Shown here piece after piece: positions 39,557 through 48,949 of a stretch of 64,000 nucleotides of DNA. How positions within the stretch are numbered: the stretch's first letter is position 1; the number at the start of each line of letters is the position of its first letter. This DNA is from a virus (taxonomy: Duplodnaviria; Heunggongvirae; Uroviricota; Caudoviricetes), in the IMG/VR virus record IMGVR_UViG_3300042260_000241; one strand, given 5' to 3'. The notes beneath the pieces are model-generated. The model was not told the DNA's origin and did not search any database. It saw nothing but the letters and a program-made list of their open reading frames with translations. The translations under genes were made by a program, and so were the position numbers.

Positions 39557-40636
39557 ATGAGCATACTAGACAAAATCAAGAAAAATACTACGATTAAAGA
39601 ATCCGCAATACTTTCTCAATCAAAGTTCTTCACAAAGAAGGACATGATTCCAACATCAATCCCTGTCATCAACGTTGCACTCAGTGGACGACTTGACGGT
39701 GGTCTTACACCAGGTCTCACTATGTGGGCTGGTCCTTCCAAACACTTTAAGACGGCGTTTAGTTTACTAATGGCCCGTTCTTATTTGGACAAATATCCAG
39801 ATGCAGCTCTTCTCTTCTACGATTCTGAGTTCGGTACTCCGCAATCTTATTTTGATAGCTTTGGTATCGACACTGAGCGGGTGCTCCATACTCCTATTAC
39901 AGACCTTGAACAACTTAAGTTCGACGTCATGCAACAAATCAACAACCTCGACCGAGGCGATCGAGTAATGATCGTTATTGATTCTATCGGTAACCTTGCT
40001 TCTAAGAAAGAAGTAGAAGATGCACTCGAAGGTAAATCTGTTGCAGACATGTCTCGTGCAAAACAGATTAAATCACTATTCCGTATGGTGACACCTCACC
40101 TTACGATTAAAGATATCCCTATGGTTGTAGTGAACCATACGTATATGGAACAAGGTATGTTTCCGAAAGCAATTGTTTCGGGTGGTACTGGTCCTTATTA
40201 CTCTGCTGACAACATCTTTATTCTTGGTCGTCAACAAGAAAAGGAAGGTACTGAAATCGTTGGCTATAATTTTATTATCAACGTAGAAAAATCTCGATAT
40301 GTTAAAGAAAAGTCTAAAATACCTGTATCTGTTTCCTTTGATGGTGGCATTAGCAAGTGGTCTGGTTTACTTGATATTGCACTTGAATCCGGACATGTTG
40401 TCAAACCTAGTAATGGCTGGTATTCGAAAGTAGACAAAGAAACTGGTGAAATTGAAGATAAAAAGTATCGACTAAAGGATACAGACACTAAAGATTTTTG
40501 GATGTCTATTGTTACTTCAAAATCTTTTAATGAATTTGTTAAGAGTCGATATGCAGTTGCGCATGGAGATATTATTCGTGATGATGAAATTATTGAGGAT
40601 TTAGAAAACTATGAAGACGAAACTACGTCCGCATAA
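39557..40636 (+). CDS. uvsX: RecA-like recombinase UvsX
   Basis: GPSKHFKT, YDSEFG, IDSIGNLASKKE, VVNHTY. Confidence 0.95.
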   Translation: MSILDKIKKNTTIKESAILSQSKFFTKKDMIPTSIPVINVALSGRLDGGLTPGLTMWAGPSKHFKTAFSLLMARSYLDKYPDAALLFYDSEFGTPQSYFDSFGIDTERVLHTPITDLEQLKFDVMQQINNLDRGDRVMIVIDSIGNLASKKEVEDALEGKSVADMSRAKQIKSLFRMVTPHLTIKDIPMVVVNHTYMEQGMFPKAIVSGGTGPYYSADNIFILGRQQEKEGTEIVGYNFIINVEKSRYVKEKSKIPVSVSFDGGISKWSGLLDIALESGHVVKPSNGWYSKVDKETGEIEDKKYRLKDTDTKDFWMSIVTSKSFNEFVKSRYAVAHGDIIRDDEIIEDLENYEDETTSA

Positions 40637-40955
40637 AGTTTTAGGTAGATCTACTCCAGAGGGCGAACTTCATGCCCTCTGTTTTACTACTGGACCATTT
40701 GCAGAAATTGTATTTTCTTATAATACAGTTGACTTCGTAGAAAATGATTCACAAGATCATTTGACTATTAAATTTGATTATGATGTGCACTATGTACCAG
40801 AAGATAAATTAGGATTTGACACAAAGTCTTTTGAAAACGAATTAGGAGACTTTGTTGTACAAATGCTAATGTATGGTGTAGAAAAAGAAAACCTAGGATT
40901 TATTAATGACAATGAAATTGGAAAAGACAATACTATCGAATCTGATTCACAATGA
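40611..40955 (+). CDS. Probable head vertex assembly chaperone gp40
   Basis: 114 aa between uvsX and gp41, the T4 gp40 position; TIKFDY...FENELGDFV resembles the family. Confidence 0.5.
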   Translation: MKTKLRPHKVLGRSTPEGELHALCFTTGPFAEIVFSYNTVDFVENDSQDHLTIKFDYDVHYVPEDKLGFDTKSFENELGDFVVQMLMYGVEKENLGFINDNEIGKDNTIESDSQ

Positions 40956-42294
40956 AGAGTATTGTCGTAGGGTTGTACCATTCCTAAAAACTGAATATTT
41001 TGCAGATCCTTTCGAAAAGGTTGTTGCTCAAGAACTATTAACATTCTTCACAGAATATAACAAACCAGCATCTCTTGATATTCTCGCAATCCAACTTGGA
41101 AAGCGCAAACTTCATAAAGATCAAATTGAAGGCATTGAAAAATACATCAATGAACTAACGTTCAGAACTGATAACGAAGAATGGTTGCTTAAAAATACTG
41201 AAAGCTTTTGCAAAAAGCAAGCAGTATATAACGCAATTATTGATTCGTTTGAAATTATTGAAGGAAAGAATAACGTATTGACTGAAGACGCTATTCCTTC
41301 AATGTTATCTGAAGCGCTTGCTGTATCTTTTGATAAGTCTGTAGGCCATGATTATTTGGAAGACTTTGCAGATCGTTATGATTTTTATCATAGACTTGAA
41401 GAAAAGCTTTCATTCGATTTAGATCTATTCAACAAGATCACTAAGGGTGGTCTATCAAAGAAAACATTAAACGTAATTCTTGCCGGCACTGGTGTTGGTA
41501 AGTCTTTGTTCATGTGTCACGTTGCGGCCGCAGCATTAAATCAAGGTAAGAACGTATTATATATCACCATGGAAATGGCTGAAGAACGTATTGCTGAACG
41601 TATTGATGCAAACTTGCTTAATATGACAATGGACGAATTGAGTAAGGTTGAAAAGGATATCTATGAAACACGGATTGGTAAACTAATTAAAAAGTCTACT
41701 GGTAAGTTAATCATTAAAGAATATCCTACGGCATCTGCTCATGCAGGTCATTTTAAAGCTCTATTAGAAGAACTTAAAATGAAACGTAACTTCATGCCGG
41801 ATCTTATTGTTATCGATTATTTAAATATTTGCGCTTCTTCACGTATGAAACACGGCGCTGGAGTGAATTCTTACACATACATTAAGTCTATTGCAGAAGA
41901 ACTTCGTGGTCTAGGTGTAGAATATAATGTTCCTGTGCTTTCAGCAACACAAACAACGCGAGGTGGATATGACAATACCGATGTGGATCTTACCGACACT
42001 TCCGAGTCTTTTGGCTTGCCTGCTACTGTGGATTTTATGTTCGCCCTTATTTCTACAGAAGAACTCGAGAATCTTAACCAGATCATGGTTAAACAGCTTA
42101 AGAATCGCTACAATGATCCTTCTTATTACAAGCGTTTCGTTATTGGTGTTGACCGTGCTAGGATGAAACTATACGATGTTGAAGATTCTGCACAAAAGAA
42201 TATTGCAGATTCTGGACAAGATGATGGCCCAGCATTTGATAAATCTTCATTTGGACAAAGGATGAAATCTGCTGGAGATGGGTTTAACTTTTAA
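40906..42294 (+). CDS. gp41: Replicative helicase gp41 (alternative start 40912)
   Basis: AGTGVGKS, ITMEMAEE, IDYLNI, SATQTTR, TSESFGLPATVD, QLKNRY. Confidence 0.96.
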   Translation: MTMKLEKTILSNLIHNEEYCRRVVPFLKTEYFADPFEKVVAQELLTFFTEYNKPASLDILAIQLGKRKLHKDQIEGIEKYINELTFRTDNEEWLLKNTESFCKKQAVYNAIIDSFEIIEGKNNVLTEDAIPSMLSEALAVSFDKSVGHDYLEDFADRYDFYHRLEEKLSFDLDLFNKITKGGLSKKTLNVILAGTGVGKSLFMCHVAAAALNQGKNVLYITMEMAEERIAERIDANLLNMTMDELSKVEKDIYETRIGKLIKKSTGKLIIKEYPTASAHAGHFKALLEELKMKRNFMPDLIVIDYLNICASSRMKHGAGVNSYTYIKSIAEELRGLGVEYNVPVLSATQTTRGGYDNTDVDLTDTSESFGLPATVDFMFALISTEELENLNQIMVKQLKNRYNDPSYYKRFVIGVDRARMKLYDVEDSAQKNIADSGQDDGPAFDKSSFGQRMKSAGDGFNF

Positions 42295-42331
42295 TAGTTA
42301 ATGTGATAAAATATTATTTTAGGAGATTAAT

Positions 42332-42769
42332 ATGTCAATGAATTGGGTTGCCGACATGGCATCAATGCACCAAAAGTTTGGTGTTAATCCTGTTGTACGA
42401 AACTTTGATAAAGAAAAAGCACGTGCATTTCTTGAATTTAGAATTCGATTCCTTCAAGAAGAACTCGATGAAATGCAAAAAGCGTTGAATCAGTTTGATG
42501 CTGGTGAGATTGATGGTACTAAAGCCGCAGATGATATTGTTGATGCAGCAATTGATTTATGTGTGGTTGCAATTGGAACACTCGATGCGTATGATGTTAA
42601 TTCATATACCGCATGGAATCGTGTTTGGGAAAAGAATATGGAAAAGGAAGTAGGTATTAAAGCTTCTCGTCCTAATCCACTTGGACTACCAGACCTCATT
42701 AAACCGGAAGGTTGGACTGCACCAACTCACGCAGATAACGTTGGAACTTTGAAAAAGGTATTCGAATAA
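42332..42769 (+). CDS. MazG/PRA-PH-like NTP pyrophosphohydrolase
   Basis: FLQEELDE...DAAIDL.VVAIG acidic motif, NMEK, DLIKPEGW.AP. Confidence 0.8.
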   Translation: MSMNWVADMASMHQKFGVNPVVRNFDKEKARAFLEFRIRFLQEELDEMQKALNQFDAGEIDGTKAADDIVDAAIDLCVVAIGTLDAYDVNSYTAWNRVWEKNMEKEVGIKASRPNPLGLPDLIKPEGWTAPTHADNVGTLKKVFE

Positions 42770-43734
42770 TGATTTCACTCACCGTCTTTAAATCGATATT
42801 CGATAATAAGACTGATACACGTGTAGACTTCGATACGTTTGAAAAATTCGAAAAATCGTTGTATCACCTATCAACGCTGCCAGGCTATAAAGCTAAGCGT
42901 GGTGAGTTTACAAAGAAAGCATCACCTTTAATTTCTCCAGCAACTTATAAGCCCGATACTACTCGGGCTAATGCTAATGTAATTGAATGGGCAGGTTGGG
43001 CTGCCCTTGATGTTGATAATCATAAATTTGATGGAGATCTTGAAAGTGAATTGGCTAGGCTTTACCCTGATACTTATTTTATTTGCTACTCAACTGCTAG
43101 CTCTACGATCGATCATCCGAAGTTCCGTTTGGTCTTCCCACTTACAAGAGCTATTAGGTCTGAAGAAATTAGGCACTTCTGGTTTGCGCTCAACACCGAA
43201 TTTGGCATGGTGGGAGATACCCAGACTAAAGACCTCTCTAGAATGTATTACGTTCCAGCGCAATATCCTAAAGCATATAATTTTATCTTTACTCATCGCG
43301 CAGATAGGTATCTTGACGTTGATGTTCTCTTAAGAAAGCATGAATATAATGATAAGTCTACTAGTTCTAATTTTATCGATAGGCTGCCTCCTGAGATTCA
43401 AAAGGCTGTCATTGCTCACAGACAAGAAGAACTTGAAAGAGGAAAGCGCGAAATAGAATGGACGTCATACAAAGATTGCCCATTCGTAAATCGTCGTTTA
43501 ATTCAAGATTATAAACAAATTGCCAATGTCGATGGATCTGGTCGTTATTCGATGATTTACAAAATTATGACTTCGATTGCGTGTAATGCCGTCAAACGTA
43601 AATATCCAATTACAGAGTATGAAATAGTAGATCTTGTTCGTGGATTAGATCGTGAGACATCAAACATATATGCTAAAAGACCTCTGAACGTCGAAGCATC
43701 TCGGGCGATTGAATTTGCATACCGTAATACTTAA
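42769..43734 (+). CDS. Archaeo-eukaryotic primase (PrimPol)-like protein
   Basis: ALDVD, YSTAS, PKFRLVFPL, D.QTKDLSRMYYVP plus a helical C-terminal domain. Confidence 0.7.
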   Translation: MISLTVFKSIFDNKTDTRVDFDTFEKFEKSLYHLSTLPGYKAKRGEFTKKASPLISPATYKPDTTRANANVIEWAGWAALDVDNHKFDGDLESELARLYPDTYFICYSTASSTIDHPKFRLVFPLTRAIRSEEIRHFWFALNTEFGMVGDTQTKDLSRMYYVPAQYPKAYNFIFTHRADRYLDVDVLLRKHEYNDKSTSSNFIDRLPPEIQKAVIAHRQEELERGKREIEWTSYKDCPFVNRRLIQDYKQIANVDGSGRYSMIYKIMTSIACNAVKRKYPITEYEIVDLVRGLDRETSNIYAKRPLNVEASRAIEFAYRNT

Positions 43735-43742
43735 GTATACGG

Positions 43743-43771
43743 TGTACAAATATTCAAATTTGTGATATAAT
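43743..43771 (+). promoter_or_regulatory. Sigma70-type early promoter
   Basis: TGTACA-N17-TATAAT with TG. Confidence 0.75.
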
Positions 43772-43792
43772 AGTACTATCTCTGGAGATAAT

Positions 43793-44431
43793 ATGAAATT
43801 ATATGCGCCTGAAGTCATGGATCAATTGTCTGATTTACGTATGACAGTTGACTTCAATAAAGAACATATTGAAGATCTTAAAAAAATGACTGAGAATAAC
43901 TGGAAGCAAGAAAAGAAACGTCGAGGCAAACGTGACTATGATACTGTGAAAATGCACACAGCAATGGGTTTAGGCTTTGAAAAAGTTCTATTGTCGCTTC
44001 CATACTTTGGTGAGGTTAGTGAAATTGTAGAAAATGCAATGGAATTAAATTTCATCGATCGTATGCGCGATTACAAATACTTAATGGGAGAAGGATGTTT
44101 TGGACAACAAAAAACTTTCAATCTAAAATATCCTGGTTTACAATGGTATATTAGCTTTAGTCAACTAGAATCATTGTTAAGAAGTGCTCCATTCAATGAA
44201 CACCTAATGTTAGGTGGTTATAATGAAATTGGACATTTGATTTATGAATATCGTCCTGCATTTCTCATGGATATGAAGTCGGTTATTTCGTATGATTCTA
44301 AATACATCACTAAAGCACCTAACAGCAAATATGATAGCTATATTTTTAATTGGCGCAAAGCCGTAGAAGATGGCGTCTGTATTAAATTAATTAAGGAACA
44401 CCCTCTTCAAGAAAGTAAAAGTTATAAATAG
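43793..44431 (+). CDS. Hypothetical protein (possible nuclease fold)
   Basis: 212 aa with its own promoter and GGAG Shine-Dalgarno; weak E...D...QxK pattern. Confidence 0.55.
   Translation: MKLYAPEVMDQLSDLRMTVDFNKEHIEDLKKMTENNWKQEKKRRGKRDYDTVKMHTAMGLGFEKVLLSLPYFGEVSEIVENAMELNFIDRMRDYKYLMGEGCFGQQKTFNLKYPGLQWYISFSQLESLLRSAPFNEHLMLGGYNEIGHLIYEYRPAFLMDMKSVISYDSKYITKAPNSKYDSYIFNWRKAVEDGVCIKLIKEHPLQESKSYK
44423..44430 (+). promoter_or_regulatory. Late promoter TATAAATA for the homing endonuclease
   Basis: Exact consensus 17 nt before the ATG, followed by AGGAGG. Confidence 0.7.
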
Positions 44432-44447
44432 AACAGGAGGAATTTTT

Positions 44448-45131
44448 ATGTTCTATTTAATGATTAAAACACATAATAAAACTAAATTAAAATATCTTTG
44501 CAAATGTACTAATAGAGATCCATACAAATATAAAGGTTCCGGAGTTTATTGGAAAAGACATCTCAAAGATCATGGAAGCGATATTACTACCGAAGTGATA
44601 TTTCAGACTGAAGATTTAAATGAATTTAATTCAGCGTGTTTACGCTATTCTAAAGAATTTAATGTAAAAGATTCTGATGAATGGGCTAACCTAATAGAAG
44701 AAAATGGATTAGATGGAGGTACAACTCACACTAACCCGTATTGGCTAAAAGGATTTAAACATTCAAATGAATCAAAAAGTAAAATATCAGAATCTTCGAA
44801 AAAGAAAAGAGTACCTCTATCTGAAAACGTTAAACAAAAGATAAGCGATGCTTTACGCGGAAAATCTATAAAATGTTCTCCTAAGGGCGTTGCAAAAACA
44901 GAAGAACATAAACGTAAAGTATCTCAAGCTTTAAAAGGAAAGCCTAAGAATTTTTCTAAAAATGGTTTAGAAAATATGAAGACGTCAGTTAGTGAACGCC
45001 AAAAAAGAAAATATAAATGTTCAGTTTGTGGTAAAATAGGAAATGCTGGGCAAATCGGTCGTTATCATAAAGAATGTATGAAGGAGTTATCATGGAACAA
45101 AATGGAAATCAATCAGAGCGAGCATCAGTAA
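44448..45131 (+). mobile_element. Free-standing GIY-YIG (Seg-like) homing endonuclease with NUMOD3-like repeats
   Basis: FYLMIKTH...KYLCK, YKGSGVYW..H, repeated (H/L)Sx(E/N)xKxKIS motifs, C-terminal CxxC. Confidence 0.8.
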
Positions 45132-45589
45132 AAGTTTTAAAAGAAGCAATGGATTTGCAGAATCGAAAGTCACAAGATTATCAGAATCCTTTGAGCCGTG
45201 TACGCCAAGCCGATCACTATCCGCGTGGCGTTTATACTATCCTTGACACCATTAATGGCAAGATGCTTCGCATGTATTCTGTATTAGAAACTATGGAACA
45301 AGGTGGCAAAGTCAATTTTGAATCTATTGAAGATTCTGCAATTGATATGATTAACTACGCGTCATTTCTTGTTGCATATATGCGTGGTGATATCGATGGT
45401 CAAGAAACGGGCAAGGATATCTTCAATCGTCGTGTAAGCAAAGCAACACATCCTACTACAGATTTGTATCCTGCAAAGTTCCGTGCAATCACCAAAGAAC
45501 AAACAACTCTTGATGCACGCAATTTTACAAATATTGTACCACAGGATGAAGTTGGAAAGTACGTACCTACTGGAAGATTTGAAGAATGA
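45092..45589 (+). CDS. Nucleotide-modification-associated domain protein (Nmad1/DUF1599-like)
   Basis: AAGGAG Shine-Dalgarno at 45081; RKSQDY, KMLRM, ESIEDSAIDMINYASF. Confidence 0.7.
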   Translation: MEQNGNQSERASVKVLKEAMDLQNRKSQDYQNPLSRVRQADHYPRGVYTILDTINGKMLRMYSVLETMEQGGKVNFESIEDSAIDMINYASFLVAYMRGDIDGQETGKDIFNRRVSKATHPTTDLYPAKFRAITKEQTTLDARNFTNIVPQDEVGKYVPTGRFEE

Positions 45590-46341
45590 GTTACGATTAT
45601 TACAATATGAAAACATGTCATGAAATTCGCCAAGAATTCGCTAGACTTTATCGTCAGCAAAAGTTTGTAACAGATAAATCCGGCGTTAAAACCGTTGAAA
45701 TCATGGGTGCTAGCTTCTGGGCTAATTCACCTATGATCTTTGGTGCAGTCAATGAAGACTACGTTCAACGTGAACTTGACTGGTATAAGTCACAATCCTT
45801 GAACGTAAATGATATTCCCGGTGGACCTCCAGCTATTTGGAAACAAGTTGCTGATAAAGATGGAATGATCAACTCTAACTATGGCTGGTGTATCTATTCA
45901 GCAGAAAACAATCATCAGTTTGCACACGTTGTAACTGAACTTGAAGAACGTCCAGATTCTCGTCGTGCAACGATGATTTATACACGTCCCACGATGTGGG
46001 GTGATCACAATAAGAATGGTCGTTCTGACTTCATGTGTACTAACAGCGTGCAATATATGATTCGCAATAATCGAATCTATGCTATCGTACAAATGAGAAG
46101 TAATGATGCATGGGCTGGATATCGCAATGACTATGCTTGGCAGAAATATGTTCTGCAGGAAGTCAGAAATGAATTGCAGTATCGTGGAAAGTTTTATGAT
46201 TGCGGTGAAATCTTTTGGAATGTAGGTTCACTTCACATTTATGAACGTCAATTCTATTTGCTTGATCATTACATAAAGACGCACGAATTGTCTATAACTA
46301 AGGAAGAATATGACAAACGCTATAAGCAAGCGACTGTCTAA
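45586..46341 (+). CDS. gp42: dCMP hydroxymethylase (T4 gp42 homologue)
   Basis: DKSGVKTVEI.GASF, INSNYGW, PDSRRA.MIYTRP, SDFMCTN, MRSND..GYRNDYAWQ (cytosine-specifying Asp), GSLHIY; near-colinear with T4 gp42 as recalled. Confidence 0.9.
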   Translation: MSYDYYNMKTCHEIRQEFARLYRQQKFVTDKSGVKTVEIMGASFWANSPMIFGAVNEDYVQRELDWYKSQSLNVNDIPGGPPAIWKQVADKDGMINSNYGWCIYSAENNHQFAHVVTELEERPDSRRATMIYTRPTMWGDHNKNGRSDFMCTNSVQYMIRNNRIYAIVQMRSNDAWAGYRNDYAWQKYVLQEVRNELQYRGKFYDCGEIFWNVGSLHIYERQFYLLDHYIKTHELSITKEEYDKRYKQATV

Positions 46342-46777
46342 ATGGGATCAACGTTATGTTGAACTAGCTAAACAAATTTCTACTTGGAGTAAAGATCCAA
46401 GTAGAAAGATTGGTGCGGTTGCCGTAGGTTCTAAAGGTCAGATTCTATCGCAAGGATATAATGGCTTTCCACGAGGAATCCTCGATCTTCCTGAACGTTA
46501 TGAGAACCGAGAGGTAAAGTATAAGCATGTTGTTCATGCAGAAATGAATGTAATCTATAATGCAACGTTCAGCGGCGTTTCTCTTGATGGTGCTTCTCTT
46601 TTTGTATACGGTCTCCCAGTGTGCAACGAATGCGCAAAGGGAATTATCCAGGTTGGTATAGAACGAGTTGTCATATATACAGATGAGCTTGTGCCAACGA
46701 TTTGGACAGATGCTTTTAATTTGACTTGGCAAATGTTTAAAGAAGCAGGTGTAAAATGCAATTGGATTCAAACATGA
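46310..46777 (+). CDS. cd: dCMP deaminase
   Basis: SKDPS, GYNGFPRG, HAE, PVCNEC. Confidence 0.9.
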   Translation: MTNAISKRLSKWDQRYVELAKQISTWSKDPSRKIGAVAVGSKGQILSQGYNGFPRGILDLPERYENREVKYKHVVHAEMNVIYNATFSGVSLDGASLFVYGLPVCNECAKGIIQVGIERVVIYTDELVPTIWTDAFNLTWQMFKEAGVKCNWIQT

Positions 46778-46956
46778 AATGTTATTGCTATACATGCAAG
46801 AGTAAAGAAGTAGACGAAAGAGGATTTTCTCCTGTGATGTATACTTTTATTGTGTGTCCTGAATGTGGTAATAAACGTTGTCTAAAGTCTACAGATCATA
46901 ATTTCAAATGCACAAATAGCAACGAACCAGGACAAGAAGGAAGTAGATATAAATGA
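46774..46956 (+). CDS. 60-aa Cys-rich probable zinc-binding protein
   Basis: CYCYTC...CPECGNKRC...DH..C; ATGA-coupled on both sides. Confidence 0.65.
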   Translation: MKCYCYTCKSKEVDERGFSPVMYTFIVCPECGNKRCLKSTDHNFKCTNSNEPGQEGSRYK

Positions 46957-48158
46957 AAATCGCAATTATTATGGGTCGTGGCATCGAAGGATGTGGTGTT
47001 ACGAAGTTTACTGTTGAACAAACAAAATGGATGGCAAAGAATAGCCATGATTTTGTTGTATTTTCTTCTAAAGATAAATCGTGGACTCGTAAGAATGCCC
47101 ATGACGTTTCAAATGTAGTGCAACTTAAGTTTGCAAAGCAAGAAGAAATGAATAAACTAATTGAAGGTTGTAATAAAGCCGATGTAGTTATTATCAATAG
47201 TCTTCCTTCACTTAGTCATCCCGAAGAAGCAATCAATCAGTTCAAACGATCTCTTGAAGAAATTCAAAAACCAATTGTTCTAGTTCAACACGATCATTCA
47301 TCTTTATCAATTAAACGTAATGCTGCTATTGAAGAAGCTGTAAAACGTGCTAATATTCTATTTGGTCATAGCGATACAAACGACTTTGCAAAATATGTTG
47401 GCGAAGTTACTGGTGGAGGTGGACTTGCCGGATTCTTTGGTGACGATGAATCAAAAACTATATTGAACTTCCAGCCGGGCATTGACTTTGATTCTATTCG
47501 CGCTAAGTATTGGCTTGACATTGATCAGACGCGTCCATTAGAACACAAATGGATTGGCCGTACTACAAGTTGGAAAGGCTATGTTCAGATGTTTAAATTC
47601 CATAATGAATTCTTACGTCCTGGTGGTTATATCACTACGTTTGAAGGTATTGAAAAGTCTCCAGCTTATCTTGATTTTAGAAAGCTTTCTGAATTTCATG
47701 GAATGATTGATAAAGACATCAATACTATTTCACTTGAAAAAGATCAACCAGCATATGTCTTTGGTCCATATATCAATGAACAGATGTTGTACCGAATGGC
47801 TTCAACTGGTTTTGGTTATCAGTTATCTATTCTAGATGAACGATTTATTCAACGATCTATTGAATATACACATTGTGAATTGGCTGCTGTTGGTGTAGTA
47901 CCGGTCTTCCGCAAGTTATATGGTGAACGTTGTACACACCGCAAATATGGTGATAAACTAATCAATTGCAAGAATACTGGAACGATTTGGTTAGATGATA
48001 CTAATATGCAACCAGCTTATGATTTGGTCAACAAACTAACCAAAGATAAAGTCATGCGAAACGAATATCGTGAAATGGCGTTCGAATTTTACAAACAACA
48101 TCAAGATTCACAATATACATTTGCAGAAATGATGAAACTTATACAAGATAATCTATGA
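46953..48158 (+). CDS. agt: DNA alpha-glucosyltransferase homologue (T4 AGT, GT-B fold)
   Basis: GRGIEGCGVTKF, QHDHS, WIGRTTSWKG, GFGYQLS, SIEYTHCELAAVG, HQDS; same length as T4 AGT (about 400 aa). Confidence 0.9.
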   Translation: MKIAIIMGRGIEGCGVTKFTVEQTKWMAKNSHDFVVFSSKDKSWTRKNAHDVSNVVQLKFAKQEEMNKLIEGCNKADVVIINSLPSLSHPEEAINQFKRSLEEIQKPIVLVQHDHSSLSIKRNAAIEEAVKRANILFGHSDTNDFAKYVGEVTGGGGLAGFFGDDESKTILNFQPGIDFDSIRAKYWLDIDQTRPLEHKWIGRTTSWKGYVQMFKFHNEFLRPGGYITTFEGIEKSPAYLDFRKLSEFHGMIDKDINTISLEKDQPAYVFGPYINEQMLYRMASTGFGYQLSILDERFIQRSIEYTHCELAAVGVVPVFRKLYGERCTHRKYGDKLINCKNTGTIWLDDTNMQPAYDLVNKLTKDKVMRNEYREMAFEFYKQHQDSQYTFAEMMKLIQDNL

Positions 48159-48949
48159 ATATTTGCATAGTTGGCCATGGTGTTGTTGGTAAAGCTGTAC
48201 AACATGGTTTTACCAACAATTTGACACATCTGTATGTTGTAGATCCTCAGTACGATACATATATAGATTCGTTATATGATTTGTTTAAACCAGACATTGT
48301 TTTTATATGTGTTCCAACACCAACTACGAAAGATGGGATAGACTCTTCTATAATTGAAAGTGTATTAAAAGAAATTAGTTTGCGTGAACATAAGCCTATA
48401 GTTGTAATAAAGTCTACTGTTACGCCCGATGTTTGTGATAAACTTTCTTCTATATACTCACCTATAGTTTATAATCCAGAATTTCTAACTGAAGCAAATT
48501 GTATTAATGATTTTGTTAATCCAAAATTTATTTTGCTTGGCGGTGAAACACGCAACGTATTAGAAGTTGCAGAAGCGTATTCACAATATTCTTTATGCAA
48601 CCCATGTCCAGTCTATATGGTTGATGAAAAAACTGCGTGTTTGATTAAATATACGTTGAATAGTTTTCTTGCAACCAAAGTTGTATTTTTCAACCAAATG
48701 TATGACATATATAAAAAGTCTGGCGCTGATATCACTTGGGAAAATTTTATAAAGATCATATCAAACGATGATCGAATCGGAGATACTCATATGAATGTTC
48801 CAGGTAAAGATGGTATGCGTGGATTTGGTGGCATGTGCTTTCCAAAAGACACTAAAGCTATTATTCATTATGCTAAAACAGTGGGTGCACCATTTAGTAT
48901 TCTTGAAGAAGTTGTTGATATAAATTATAAATTGCGAGATATGAAATGA
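48155..48949 (+). CDS. UDP-glucose/GDP-mannose dehydrogenase family protein lacking the C-terminal domain
   Basis: GHGVVG Rossmann motif, ICVPTP, IKSTV, NPEFL, KY..NSFLATK, GFGGMCFPKD; ends at 264 aa. Confidence 0.85.
   Translation: MNICIVGHGVVGKAVQHGFTNNLTHLYVVDPQYDTYIDSLYDLFKPDIVFICVPTPTTKDGIDSSIIESVLKEISLREHKPIVVIKSTVTPDVCDKLSSIYSPIVYNPEFLTEANCINDFVNPKFILLGGETRNVLEVAEAYSQYSLCNPCPVYMVDEKTACLIKYTLNSFLATKVVFFNQMYDIYKKSGADITWENFIKIISNDDRIGDTHMNVPGKDGMRGFGGMCFPKDTKAIIHYAKTVGAPFSILEEVVDINYKLRDMK

Noticed and set aside
10460-42294. Inteins or introns in gp17, gp43, gp41 or uvsW
   Set aside because: Lengths are ordinary and no splice motifs or embedded endonucleases were seen
45586-46341. Ordinary thymidylate synthase ThyA
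   Set aside because: Matches T4 gp42 motifs including the cytosine-specifying Asp, and thyX supplies dTMP
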